A stretch of 64,000 nucleotides of DNA. Source: Vulcanimicrobiota bacterium (GTDB lineage: Bacteria > Vulcanimicrobiota > Xenobia > Xenobiales > JADMJV01). The notes under the pieces are model-generated. The model was given only the letters and a program-made list of their open reading frames with translations. It had not been told where the DNA came from and ran no database searches. The translations under genes and the position numbers were made by a program. Below, in pieces: positions 27,998 through 37,854 of the stretch. The stretch spans positions 968,008 through 1,032,007 of the forward strand of contig JBFWNU010000001.1 in the NCBI GenBank assembly GCA_050250895.1, given 5' to 3'. Every line of letters begins with the position of its first letter. Positions within the stretch are counted from its first letter, which is position 1.

Positions 27998-28707
27998 AGA
28001 GAAGCGCCCCCGTCAACAGCCAGAATCTGGCCGTTGATGAAATCGGCACCAGCCAGATAGTGGACCGCCTCGGCGATGTCCCTGGCGGTGCCGATGCGGC
28101 CGAGGGGAATGGCGGCAGCAAGCTGCTGTTCCATCTCGGCCCCCGCTCCCGCGGGCAGCATGGCCGCCCCGGGCGACACCCCATTGACCCGCACCAGCGG
28201 GGCGAACTCCAAGGCGTGGGCTTTGGTCAGAGCCTCGAGCCCGGCTTTGGCGATGCAGTAGGGAACATAGCCTCGCAGCGGTCGCCGGGCGTGGATGTCG
28301 ATGATGTTGACGATCGAGCCTAGCCTTTCGGCCAGCGCCTCGCGACACAGGGTCGACACCAGGAAATGGGCCCGCAGATTCAAGTTGATGAAGGCCTCCC
28401 AGTGGGCGGCCGCTTCGGCGTCGGTGGGAGTCGGATAGAAGATGGCCGCGTTGTTCACCACCAGGTCAAGCGGCCTGGATACGAGCCGGCCGCACAAGGC
28501 TTTGACCTGCTCGACCTCGGACAGGTCCGCCTGCACCACTTCGACTGCGGCCCCCGAGCCCCGCGCCGCCTGGGCTGTGGCCTCTACGCCCTCCCGAGAG
28601 CGATGGTAGTGGAGCCAGAGGTCGTAGCCGCCCGCGGCCAAACGCAAAGCGATGGCCCGACCTAGCCGGACGCCGGCCCCACTCACGAAGGCGGTCTTTC
28701 TCACCAT
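27994..28707 (-). CDS. pteridine reductase (FolM/PTR1-like SDR)
   Basis: SGAGVRLG (Arg typical of pteridine reductases), NNAAIF, IVNIID, YCIAK, VNGVSPG; adjacent to folB-folK. Confidence 0.85.
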   Translation of the reverse strand: MVRKTAFVSGAGVRLGRAIALRLAAGGYDLWLHYHRSREGVEATAQAARGSGAAVEVVQADLSEVEQVKALCGRLVSRPLDLVVNNAAIFYPTPTDAEAAAHWEAFINLNLRAHFLVSTLCREALAERLGSIVNIIDIHARRPLRGYVPYCIAKAGLEALTKAHALEFAPLVRVNGVSPGAAMLPAGAGAEMEQQLAAAIPLGRIGTARDIAEAVHYLAGADFINGQILAVDGGASL

Positions 28708-28780
28708 AGCTGGCGTTTAGTCCCGGCTCACCAGCAGTCCTGCGCCACAGGAGCTGCCTGGTTTCTGGTGAATAGCGAAC

Positions 28781-29965
28781 TTGATGCGCAATGCGAGGCT
28801 CTCTCAAGGCGCGGTCCTGGACGGCCGTTTTGAGGTGATCCGCCTGATTAAGGCCGGGGGCATGGGTGCCGTCTACGAGGTAGCCGATCGGGTGCTCAAC
28901 GGTCGCACCTACGCCCTCAAAGAGATCCACCCCTCAAGCGATCCCGCCGAACTGCAAGACGCCAAAGACCGCTTCATTTCCGAGATCCAGGTGATGCAAT
29001 CGCTGCTCCATCCCGGCATTCCCAAGGTGAGCACTGCTTTTCTTCATGACGACTCGTTCTTTTTCGTGATGGAACTGGTGCAGGGGACTGACCTTTCGCG
29101 CATCCGCAAGCAGAGGGGCAATCCCGGGCTGCCCACCCATGACGTGGTGAACTGGGCCTGCCAGGTGCTCGACGCCCTGAGCTATCTCCACCGCCAGTCC
29201 CCGCCCATCGTTCACCGCGACATCAAGCCGTCTAATCTGCTACTGCGAGAAAGCGACAACCGGATACTCTTGATCGACTTTGGCATCGCACGGGCCACCA
29301 ACCCGGTCGAGGGCTATTGGATCGGCACCCCCGGTTACGCCCCGCCCGAGCAACAAATGGGCAAGCCCGAGCCCTGTTCGGATCTTTACGCTCTGGGCGC
29401 CACCATGCACGAACTACTCACCGGCGTCAAGCCCAAGGACTTTGACTTCGCCAGCTTCAGCTACCTGGGCATCGAGGTGCCGCCGGATCTGGTCTCGGTC
29501 ATCGAAAACGCCCTGCAGCATTGGCCTGAAGACCGCATCCAGACGGCTGACGAGATGGCTCGACGCCTTCGCTCCTTGCCGGGCTTCTCGATCGAGGCTC
29601 CTCTGGTATGTCGCGAGCACGACTTCGAAGAGGCGGTGGCCCGGCTCAAAGACGATGTCCTCGACCCGCTCTTGCAAGACCTCATCGAGCGCTACGCCAA
29701 CGAGTGCCAGACCCCGTATCTTCCGCCCACTCTGAGCTTTATGAAGTTCACCCTGGGAACACTGACCAATTTCGAGTTGCTAATCACCAAAGACGGCGAC
29801 TCGGAGTGTATCACCTTCCAGGAAAAGCAAGGATTGCTCGACCCGGTCGCGCTCGGCTCGGTCAATCCTCTAGAAGAGAGCGAACACGCTCACGTCAAGG
29901 CGATCGTCGACCGCTTCGTGCAAGACTATGAGGAGTTCAAGAACTCGAGCTGGCAACTCCTTTGA
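28781..29965 (+). CDS. soluble Hanks-type Ser/Thr protein kinase
   Basis: GGMGAVY, ALKE, HRDIKPSN, IDFGIA, GTPGYAPPE; no TM helix. Confidence 0.95.
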   Translation: MMRNARLSQGAVLDGRFEVIRLIKAGGMGAVYEVADRVLNGRTYALKEIHPSSDPAELQDAKDRFISEIQVMQSLLHPGIPKVSTAFLHDDSFFFVMELVQGTDLSRIRKQRGNPGLPTHDVVNWACQVLDALSYLHRQSPPIVHRDIKPSNLLLRESDNRILLIDFGIARATNPVEGYWIGTPGYAPPEQQMGKPEPCSDLYALGATMHELLTGVKPKDFDFASFSYLGIEVPPDLVSVIENALQHWPEDRIQTADEMARRLRSLPGFSIEAPLVCREHDFEEAVARLKDDVLDPLLQDLIERYANECQTPYLPPTLSFMKFTLGTLTNFELLITKDGDSECITFQEKQGLLDPVALGSVNPLEESEHAHVKAIVDRFVQDYEEFKNSSWQLL

Positions 29966-30023
29966 ACTTTTTTCACTGCCGAACAGGTTGGCCCCCAGAA
30001 AGGACAGAACATAGGTTCTAATC

Positions 30024-30551
30024 ATGGAACTCTACGACAAGCTGACCGGGCTCTATCAGGTCAAGTTCTTCAAGGAGCTTCTCAAAAAAGAAGTCGTGCG
30101 CAGCGCCCGCTACGGTCGCCCCGCCTGCGTCATCGTCATGGAGATCCAGTATGACTATTTCGAGAAGTCCCTGGACCTGCGCAAAGAACTGGCCTATCGC
30201 ATCCATCGCGAGATGGGCGCGGCCGTGCGCGAGATCGCGCGCGAAGTCGACTTCGGCGGTCGGATCAGTGGCGAAGTGCTGGCCCTGGTGCTGCCCGAGA
30301 CCGATCGCGAAGGAGGCGCCTTTGCGGCTGAACGGCTTCGCAAAGAGGCCGAGCAAAAAGAGATCGGCAGCGGGGGCTTAACCGAGCACCCCGTCAAGGT
30401 TGCCCTCAATCTAGGCGTGGCCTCCTTTCCCGAGAACGGTCGTACGGCTAGAGAGTTACTGGAAAACGCCGAAAAGGCCATGGCCGAAGCCAGAATCGGC
30501 GGCGGCAACCGCTCCCTGGTGGCGCCACCGCTGGATGAGGGTGGAGATTGA
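30024..30551 (+). CDS. stand-alone degenerate GGDEF-domain protein
   Basis: DKLTGLY, R.ARY, GRISGEVLALVLPET (SGEVL in place of GGDEF), GVASFP, GGNR. Confidence 0.85.
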   Translation: MELYDKLTGLYQVKFFKELLKKEVVRSARYGRPACVIVMEIQYDYFEKSLDLRKELAYRIHREMGAAVREIAREVDFGGRISGEVLALVLPETDREGGAFAAERLRKEAEQKEIGSGGLTEHPVKVALNLGVASFPENGRTARELLENAEKAMAEARIGGGNRSLVAPPLDEGGD

Positions 30552-30576
30552 CTATTCTTGGGAAGATTGCTACACT
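30548..30576 (+). promoter_or_regulatory. sigma70-type promoter upstream of the tagO-wecB-atp operon
   Basis: TTGACT-17 bp-TACACT with an extended TG immediately upstream of the -10. Confidence 0.7.
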
Positions 30577-30615
30577 CTGGCCTAACTACGGACCGGAAAT
30601 GAACGGATTGGGAAA

Positions 30616-31596
30616 ATGTTAGCGCTCCCTGCTCTAAGCGCCTTTGGCCTGGGATTTTTATTGACTCTGGCCCTCACCCCGTGGGTGAAGGGGCTAGCCA
30701 CGCGTCTGGGCGCGCTCGACCGACCCGACGCCCGCAAGGTGCACAAGGTTCCTACCCCGCTGTGGGGAGGCTTGGGCGTATCCATCGCGTTTGCCGCCTC
30801 ACTGATTACGGTGCTGGCGCTCTTTACCCCGCCTCAAGCCGTGACCACCCAGCAGTGGTGGTCCATGGGCGGCCTGCTGGTGGGCGGAGCGGCCCTGGTG
30901 GCTCTGGGAATGTTCGACGACCGTTTCGGCATGGCCGCTAAGACCAAACTGCTCGGCCAGATCGGAGTGGCCCTGATCCTGGTGGGCTGCGGCGTCCGGG
31001 TCGACTACTTCTCGCTGCCTGGCATCGACGGCATGATCTTCCTGCGCGAATGGCAGGCCATTCTGCTGTCGATGCTCTGGCTGGTAGGGGTCACCAACGC
31101 CATCAACCTGCTCGACGGCCTCGACGGCCTGGTGGCCGGCGTAAGCCTGAGTTCGGCCGTCATCTTCCTGGTGGTGGCCGCCATGAATGGCGAATGGGTT
31201 ACCATGGTGGCCATGGCCGCCGTAGCTGGCGCCGCTCTCGGGTTTTTGCGCTACAACTTCAACCCGGCCACCATCTTCCTGGGCGACACGGGCAGCCTCT
31301 TTCTGGGGCTGATGTTCGCCGGTTGGTCCATCGTCGGCTGCCTGAAGACCACGGCCACGGTGGCCCTGGCCATTCCCGTCATGCTGATTCTGGCCGTGCC
31401 GATTCTCGACACCACCTTTGCCATCGTTCGCCGCGGCGTCACCCGCCAACCCATCTTCAAACCTGATAAAGGTCACCTGCACCATCGCCTGCTCGCGGTC
31501 GGGTTATCGCAGCGCCAGGCCGTGTGCACCATCTACGCCATCAACGTAGCCTTTGGCCTGGCCGGCTTGGCCATGGCCGTCTTCCTATGCCCATGA
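30616..31596 (+). CDS. MraY/WecA/TagO-family undecaprenyl-phosphate GlcNAc-1-phosphate transferase
   Basis: RKVHKVPTP.WGG, DD, NAINLLDGLDGL, YNFNPATIFLGDTGS, DKGHLHH. Confidence 0.93.
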   Translation: MLALPALSAFGLGFLLTLALTPWVKGLATRLGALDRPDARKVHKVPTPLWGGLGVSIAFAASLITVLALFTPPQAVTTQQWWSMGGLLVGGAALVALGMFDDRFGMAAKTKLLGQIGVALILVGCGVRVDYFSLPGIDGMIFLREWQAILLSMLWLVGVTNAINLLDGLDGLVAGVSLSSAVIFLVVAAMNGEWVTMVAMAAVAGAALGFLRYNFNPATIFLGDTGSLFLGLMFAGWSIVGCLKTTATVALAIPVMLILAVPILDTTFAIVRRGVTRQPIFKPDKGHLHHRLLAVGLSQRQAVCTIYAINVAFGLAGLAMAVFLCP

Positions 31597-32756
31597 AGGT
31601 GATGACCGTCTTCGGGACTCGCCCCGAAGCCATCAAAATGGCCCCGGTGGTCAAAGCGCTCGAACGCTGTCCCGAGATCGAAGCCCAAACCGTCGTCACC
31701 GGTCAACATCGCGAAATGCTCGACCAGGTCTTGAACCTCTTCGAGATCCGGCCCGACCACGACCTCAACATCATGAAAGAGGGCCAGACCCTGTCGGACA
31801 TCACTCGTTCGGCCTTGCAGGGGCTCGAGAGCGCTCTGGAGCGATTTGCGCCTGACCTGGTGCTGGCCCAGGGCGACACCACCACTGCCTTCGTGGCGGG
31901 CCTGGCCGCCTTCTACGCCAAGATTCCGGTCGGTCACGTCGAGGCCGGCCTGCGCACCAACAATATCTACGAGCCGTTTCCTGAAGAGATGAACCGGCGC
32001 ATGTTGAGCACGCTGACCAACCTGCACTTTCCGCCCACGGCAGAATCGCGCCAGAACCTGCTCAACGAAGGCCATCGGTCCGAAGACCTCTTCGTCACGG
32101 GCAACACCGTCTGCGATGCCTTGCAAACCATGGTGGCCAACCTGCCCCCCGGCCGCCCACCCGAACTTTCCCACCTGCCGGCCAATTGCCGTATTTTATT
32201 GGTAGAGACGCATCGGCGAGAAAATCTCGGGGAGCCGATGCAGGAGATTTGTAGGGCTCTGCGAAGGCTCGTGAAAGATTTCACAAGCGTGGAAATTGTG
32301 TTTAGCGTGCACAAAAATCCCCGCGTTCGTGAAGTCGTCTTTCCGGCTCTAGAGGGCCACGAGCGCGTGACTTTGCTCGAGCCGGTGGACTATCCGGTGT
32401 TGATCCGGTTGATGCGAGAATCGCACCTGATTCTGACCGATTCGGGAGGAATTCAGGAAGAGGCTCCATCGCTGGGCAAACCGGTCCTGGTCTTACGAAG
32501 GACCACCGAACGCCCCGAGGGGGTCGAGGCGGGCGTAGCACGCCTGGTGGGTACCGACTTCGATCAGATCGTAGGAGTGGCGACGAAACTCCTCTCTGAC
32601 GACGCCGAGTACGGCAGAATGAGTCGCGTCGCCAACCCCTATGGGGATGGGATGGCCGCTGAGCGGATCGTGGAGGCGATCCTTCACCGTTTTGGTCGCG
32701 GACCTCGACCGAGGGATTTCAATCCTTTGACCGGGGGTGCCGCGGTTGGCGGATGA
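31593..32756 (+). CDS. wecB: UDP-N-acetylglucosamine 2-epimerase (non-hydrolysing)
   Basis: FGTRPEAIKMAP, GDTTT, HVEAGLR, HRREN, TDSGGIQEEAPSLG. Confidence 0.95.
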   Translation: MKVMTVFGTRPEAIKMAPVVKALERCPEIEAQTVVTGQHREMLDQVLNLFEIRPDHDLNIMKEGQTLSDITRSALQGLESALERFAPDLVLAQGDTTTAFVAGLAAFYAKIPVGHVEAGLRTNNIYEPFPEEMNRRMLSTLTNLHFPPTAESRQNLLNEGHRSEDLFVTGNTVCDALQTMVANLPPGRPPELSHLPANCRILLVETHRRENLGEPMQEICRALRRLVKDFTSVEIVFSVHKNPRVREVVFPALEGHERVTLLEPVDYPVLIRLMRESHLILTDSGGIQEEAPSLGKPVLVLRRTTERPEGVEAGVARLVGTDFDQIVGVATKLLSDDAEYGRMSRVANPYGDGMAAERIVEAILHRFGRGPRPRDFNPLTGGAAVGG

Positions 32757-33054
32757 CGAAGAGCCTGCCAAAGACGATCAACTCGAGCGGGTTGAGCAAA
32801 GAATTCAAGAACTGAAGGACCCTCGCAAGAAGGGTGACCGGCAGTTTACTCGCGGAGTGGCGTTAGTCACCTCCCTGGGATTTGTGGTCGTGGGATGCAT
32901 TTTCGGCGGCTATCTCCTGGGAGACTACCTGGCCAAACGTTTTGGATCCGAGTTCTATCTCATCCTCTCGCTGCTAGGAGGGTTAGGCATGGCCGGCTAC
33001 GCTGGATACCGCCTGCTGCTGCCCTTCCTTGAGGATGAGAATGACGGTAGTTAG
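32737..33054 (+). CDS. AtpZ/AtpI-family (gene 1) membrane protein
   Basis: Charged N-terminus, two TM helices with GGYLLGDYL; first gene of the atp block; start uncertain. Confidence 0.75.
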   Translation: MPRLADDEEPAKDDQLERVEQRIQELKDPRKKGDRQFTRGVALVTSLGFVVVGCIFGGYLLGDYLAKRFGSEFYLILSLLGGLGMAGYAGYRLLLPFLEDENDGS

Positions 33055-33331
33055 TTTCATAGTAGGTCTGGGTCTGGGTCTGATGCACCTGAGACTCTAC
33101 AAAGCAGGCGTCGAATCGTTGTTGGCTCGTTCCGACCCGAACTCGATTCCGATGGCCGCCCTGCAGGGAACACTTTTTCGATTTCTTATCGTCTGCCTAG
33201 CAGGAATTTGCCTGGGTCAAATCGCACAGTTCGATGCCGCAGCGGTCTTGCTGGGATTCGTGTCCGTCTTCTTTACGCACCGGGCGCAAATGCTCAAGCA
33301 GGCCGTCAGGCCGGAAGGATCGAGAGCCTAA
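33041..33331 (+). CDS. atpI: ATP synthase subunit I-like membrane protein
   Basis: Three or four hydrophobic helices, conserved RF and LLGF; position before subunit a. Confidence 0.65.
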   Translation: MTVVSFIVGLGLGLMHLRLYKAGVESLLARSDPNSIPMAALQGTLFRFLIVCLAGICLGQIAQFDAAAVLLGFVSVFFTHRAQMLKQAVRPEGSRA

Positions 33332-33337
33332 ACAGCC

Positions 33338-34351
33338 ATGCTAACCAACTTTCTTCTGCTGGCCGCTGATACCCACGAGCAGGGTTTCACTCTCCATTAC
33401 CAGTTGATCGTCGGCTCCACCGCCCTGGTGGTGGGCGTGATCGTTCTGCTGGCTCTGATGGCCTTTCCGCAGTTCGGGGTGGTGCCCCGCGGCTGGGGCG
33501 CGGCCTTCGAACACGTCTTTGACTGGATCGACGGGATGGCTCAGGACATGATCGGCCGCGAAGGCCGCCAGTATGTGCCCTTTTTGATGTCGCTCTTCGT
33601 CTTCGTCCTGTTTTCGAACTGGTCGGGCCTGTTGCCCTGGCCGGTGGTCAACTACACCCCCGTGGGCGCCGTCGTTCAGAGTCACGACCACGAAGACGAA
33701 GCCATCCCCCACGAGGGCATCGAAGAAGAGATTCACGACCAGGCTCACGCCCAGAACGTCACCTTCGAGGCCCCCTCGGCTTCTTACAACACCACCCTGG
33801 CCCTGGCCCTCATCTCGTTTTTCGCCTTTAACTTCTACGGACTGAGAAAGCGAATCTTCCCGCCCAAGCACGTCCATCATCACCACGAAGAGGCCCACGA
33901 TCACCCTCACCACCACGCTCCCGGTGGCATTTTAGGCCTGGGCGAGTGGATCGCTCACTTCTGGCAGCCGACCCCGATGCTCTATCGCAGCCTCGACGGC
34001 GGAATGAAACTGCTGTGCATTCCCCTGGGGCTGCTCTTCATCTGTCTGAACATCATCGAAGAGTTCGCCCGCATCCTGTCGTTGTCGATCCGACTTTTCG
34101 GCAATATTTCGGGCGAGCACCAGGTGAAGACCAGCCTCATCGCCACCATGCAGATGTTCTTGACCAGCGCGTTCACGGCTCTCACCTCGGGCAGCCCGCT
34201 GTTTTTGTTCTGGGGAATGGTGGCCGGATTGATCTGGATGGCCTCGGCCTTCGCCACCTGCCTGGGCGCTCTGGCCGGTTTCATCCAGGCCATGATCTTC
34301 GCGGTTCTTTCGCTGGTCTATATCGCCCACGCGGTGGCCGACGAGCACTAA
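33338..34351 (+). CDS. atpB: F0F1 ATP synthase subunit a with His-rich insertions
   Basis: FSNWSGLLP, LSLSIRLFGNI (essential Arg), FIQAMIF..LSLVYI. Confidence 0.93.
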   Translation: MLTNFLLLAADTHEQGFTLHYQLIVGSTALVVGVIVLLALMAFPQFGVVPRGWGAAFEHVFDWIDGMAQDMIGREGRQYVPFLMSLFVFVLFSNWSGLLPWPVVNYTPVGAVVQSHDHEDEAIPHEGIEEEIHDQAHAQNVTFEAPSASYNTTLALALISFFAFNFYGLRKRIFPPKHVHHHHEEAHDHPHHHAPGGILGLGEWIAHFWQPTPMLYRSLDGGMKLLCIPLGLLFICLNIIEEFARILSLSIRLFGNISGEHQVKTSLIATMQMFLTSAFTALTSGSPLFLFWGMVAGLIWMASAFATCLGALAGFIQAMIFAVLSLVYIAHAVADEH

Positions 34352-34361
34352 AAAAAGTTAA

Positions 34362-34382
34362 GGCCTCCCTTGCGGGGAGGCC
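34362..34382 (+). other. stem-loop between atpB and atpE
   Basis: GGCCTCCC-TTGCG-GGGAGGCC with no downstream U-tract. Confidence 0.5.
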
Positions 34383-34418
34383 CCTCAAATCAAGACCTGA
34401 CACACTCTAGGAGGATAG

Positions 34419-34739
<321 letters not shown>

Positions 34740-34759
34740 GAGTCTGAGGAGTCGCCCCC

Positions 34760-35257
34760 ATGGAGATGATTTGGTCAATTCTCGAAGGTCTACACTTCGA
34801 GTCGACGACCTTCTTCTGCCAGGTTGGTCTGTTCTTTCTCATGCATTTCTTGCTGACCGGGTTGGTCTACAACCCGATCATGGAGATTCGCAATGAGCGC
34901 GACGCCAAGATCGGCGGCCGTCTGGCCGAAGCCGAACAGAAAGCGGCCGCGGCCAGACGCCTGAAGGAAGAGTTCGAAGCCAAGATTCGCGAGGCCCGTC
35001 TCGAGGGTCAAGCGCTGGTCGCAGAAGAGACTGCCAGGGCCGAGCAAGCTCGCAAGGCCAAGGTGGACGAAGCTCGCGAACAGGCCGGCTCGATTCTGGC
35101 CGAAGCCCGCACCAAAGCCGCCGAGCAGCGCGAAGCTGCCCTGGCTACGGTCGAGCAGCAAGTTGAGCACGTCTCGGTCGTCATCGCCAAACAGATCCTT
35201 CGTGGGTCGCTCGCGCCGGAACACAGCCAGGTCGCCGAGGCCAAGCTGGGAGGCTAG
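34760..35257 (+). CDS. atpF: F0F1 ATP synthase subunit b'
   Basis: N-terminal TM helix, YNPI...ER, long Ala/Glu coiled coil. Confidence 0.85.
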   Translation: MEMIWSILEGLHFESTTFFCQVGLFFLMHFLLTGLVYNPIMEIRNERDAKIGGRLAEAEQKAAAARRLKEEFEAKIREARLEGQALVAEETARAEQARKAKVDEAREQAGSILAEARTKAAEQREAALATVEQQVEHVSVVIAKQILRGSLAPEHSQVAEAKLGG

Positions 35258-35260
35258 ATT

Positions 35261-35764
35261 ATGTGGGGATTTGCACCGGACCAAATATTCGCGTGGGGCG
35301 TTAGTGTCGTCAACTTCGCCATCATGTTCGTCCTCTTTCGGCTGGTGGTTATCGAGCCGATGTTCGAGGCCGTGGACCTGCGCGAGAAGAAGGTTCGCAA
35401 CCGGTTGGCCGAGATCGACGACATCTTGAACGAGGCCAGCGCCATGCAGGTCAAGTACGAAGAACAGATGGAGAATCTCGACGACGAACTGGCCAAGGTC
35501 CGCGACTCGGCGGCGGCCACCGTCAAGCGGACGGTGGCGCGCATCGAGGAGAAGGCCGAATCCGAGGCAACTTATATCCTCGATAAGGCCAACCGAGAGG
35601 CGAGCTCGCTCCAACGCGAGGTCGAAGCGGAGCTGCGCGAGCGCATCACCGCCGGAGCCATCGCGCGGGCCCGCACTCTGTTGGAGAAGGCCATCGACAA
35701 AAAGACCCAGAGCCTGACTATGGAACACGTCGTGGACAAGGTAGGTGAGCTCAGTGCTACTTAA
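35261..35764 (+). CDS. atpF: F0F1 ATP synthase subunit b
   Basis: VVNFAIMFVLF TM helix, coiled coil, precedes delta. Confidence 0.85.
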   Translation: MWGFAPDQIFAWGVSVVNFAIMFVLFRLVVIEPMFEAVDLREKKVRNRLAEIDDILNEASAMQVKYEEQMENLDDELAKVRDSAAATVKRTVARIEEKAESEATYILDKANREASSLQREVEAELRERITAGAIARARTLLEKAIDKKTQSLTMEHVVDKVGELSAT

Positions 35765-36299
35765 AGCCGTTGCTCGACGCTATGCCGAGGCCATCTACGC
35801 GATGGCCAAAAAGGCTGGCAATATCGACGTCCAGCTGCAAGAGCTGATCAAGGTTCGCGAGATCCTCAAAGGCCATGAGGATCTCAAGAGAGCGATCGAA
35901 GTGCCCACTTTGCCTGACCAGGTGAAGAAGAGCATCCTCGACAAGCTCTTGAAGAAGCGGGTCAGCAAGACCACTCTGCACTTTCTGTTCGTGCTCGTGG
36001 ACAAGAGTCGCGAGGTCTATCTCGAGCCGATCATTTCGGCCTACGAGCAGATCCAGCGGGACGAGAATCGCGTGGTCGAGTGCCACGTGCGCGTTCCGCG
36101 AGCCCCGACGAAGAAGCTCGAAGCCAGCCTGGTCAAACGACTCGAGGACTTCACCGGCAAAGCGGTGGAACTGGTGATTCACGAAGACGAGACCATGCTC
36201 GGTGGTATGGTCATCACCATCGGCGATCGCATCATCGATGGTAGCATCGAAACACAATTGGCACAGATTCAGGAACGACTCGCCAAAATCGGGTCGTGA
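35745..36299 (+). CDS. atpH: ATP synthase subunit delta
   Basis: VARRYAEA, LGGMVITIGDRIIDGS. Confidence 0.93.
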   Translation: MSSVLLKAVARRYAEAIYAMAKKAGNIDVQLQELIKVREILKGHEDLKRAIEVPTLPDQVKKSILDKLLKKRVSKTTLHFLFVLVDKSREVYLEPIISAYEQIQRDENRVVECHVRVPRAPTKKLEASLVKRLEDFTGKAVELVIHEDETMLGGMVITIGDRIIDGSIETQLAQIQERLAKIGS

Positions 36300-36317
36300 C
36301 GGTAGGAGGAGTTTAGG

Positions 36318-37844
36318 ATGTCCATTCGCTCTGAAGAAATCAGCGACATTCTCGTTCAGGAAATCGAGGGATACAGCCCCGACGTCAAAGACCTTCCGTA
36401 CGGAACGGTCATTCAGGTGGGCGATAGTATCGCCACCATTTACGGCCTTCGCGACGCCCGCGCCGGCGAGCTTTTGAGCTTTGCCCAGGGCCAGCTCGGA
36501 ATCGCCATGAACCTCGAAGAGGACACCATCGGTTGTGTGATCATGGGCGATGACTCCGAGATCAAGGAAGGCGACCGCGTCGAGAGCACCGGACGTATCG
36601 TCGAGGTTCCCGTGGGTGAAGCCATGTTGGGCCGGATCGTGAATGCTCTGGGCGAGCCCATCGACGGCAAAGGTCCCATCAACACCACCGAAAAGCGAAC
36701 CATCGAGTTTACCGCTCCCACTGTGCCCGAGCGCCAACCGGTCCACGAACCCCTGCAGACGGGCGTCAAGGCCATCGACGCGCTGATTCCCATCGGCCGC
36801 GGTCAGCGCGAGCTGATCATCGGTGACCGCCAGACCGGTAAGACCGCCATCGCCGTCGACGCGATGATCAACCAGAAAGACACCGATGTGCTGTGTGTCT
36901 ATGTGGCTATCGGTCAGAAGACCAACAACGTGGCCGCGGTAGCCGAATCGCTGCGCGAGTCGGGAGCCCTCGACGGCAAGACCGTCATCGTGGCCGCCAA
37001 CGCCAACGAGTCTCCCTCGATGCTGTATCTGGCCCCCTATACCGGCTGCGCCATCGCCGAACAGTTGATGTACTCGGGCAAACACGTGCTCATCATCTAT
37101 GATGACCTTACCAAGCACGCCAAGGCCTACCGCGAGATCTCGCTGCTGCTACGCCGCCCTCCCGGCCGCGAAGCCTATCCCGGCGACGTGTTCTTCTTGC
37201 ACTCTCGTCTGCTCGAGCGGGCTGCCAAGCTGTCGGATGCGATGGGCAAAGGCTCGATGACCGCCCTACCCGTGATCGAAACCCAGCTGGGCGACGTTTC
37301 TGCCTACATTCCCACCAACGTCATCTCGATTACCGACGGCCAGATCTTCCTGGATACCGACCTCTTCTATCAGGGCATTCGCCCCGCCGTAGACGTGGGC
37401 ATCTCGGTCTCGCGCGTGGGCGGTTCGGCGCAGGTGAAGGCCATGAAGAAAGTGGCCGGTCCGCTGCGTCTTGACCTGGCCCAGTATCGCGCTCTGGCCG
37501 CCTACGCCAAGCTGTCGGCCGACGAGCTCGACAAAGCCAGCCGCGACCAGCTGGCCCGTGGCGCCCGCATCACCGAGGTGCTCAAGCAAAAGCAGTTCGA
37601 ACCGATGCCGGTCGAGCGTCAGGTGGCCATCCTTTACGTGGCTACCCAGGGCCACCTCGACGACATCGAGGTGGAAGATGTCAAGCCGTTCGAACTCGGC
37701 TTCCATGACTTCATCGCCGAGAAGTACCCTGAAATTCATAAGACTCTGCGCGAGAAGAAGGCCATCGACGACGACCTCGAGGCCAAGCTCGTAGAAGCCA
37801 TCGCAGCCTACAAGAAGGAGTTCTTGGACACTCGCTCCGAGTAA
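36318..37844 (+). CDS. atpA: ATP synthase subunit alpha
   Basis: [33 protein letters not shown]. Confidence 0.99.
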   Translation: MSIRSEEISDILVQEIEGYSPDVKDLPYGTVIQVGDSIATIYGLRDARAGELLSFAQGQLGIAMNLEEDTIGCVIMGDDSEIKEGDRVESTGRIVEVPVGEAMLGRIVNALGEPIDGKGPINTTEKRTIEFTAPTVPERQPVHEPLQTGVKAIDALIPIGRGQRELIIGDRQTGKTAIAVDAMINQKDTDVLCVYVAIGQKTNNVAAVAESLRESGALDGKTVIVAANANESPSMLYLAPYTGCAIAEQLMYSGKHVLIIYDDLTKHAKAYREISLLLRRPPGREAYPGDVFFLHSRLLERAAKLSDAMGKGSMTALPVIETQLGDVSAYIPTNVISITDGQIFLDTDLFYQGIRPAVDVGISVSRVGGSAQVKAMKKVAGPLRLDLAQYRALAAYAKLSADELDKASRDQLARGARITEVLKQKQFEPMPVERQVAILYVATQGHLDDIEVEDVKPFELGFHDFIAEKYPEIHKTLREKKAIDDDLEAKLVEAIAAYKKEFLDTRSE

Positions 37845-37854
37845 AAGGTAGAAG

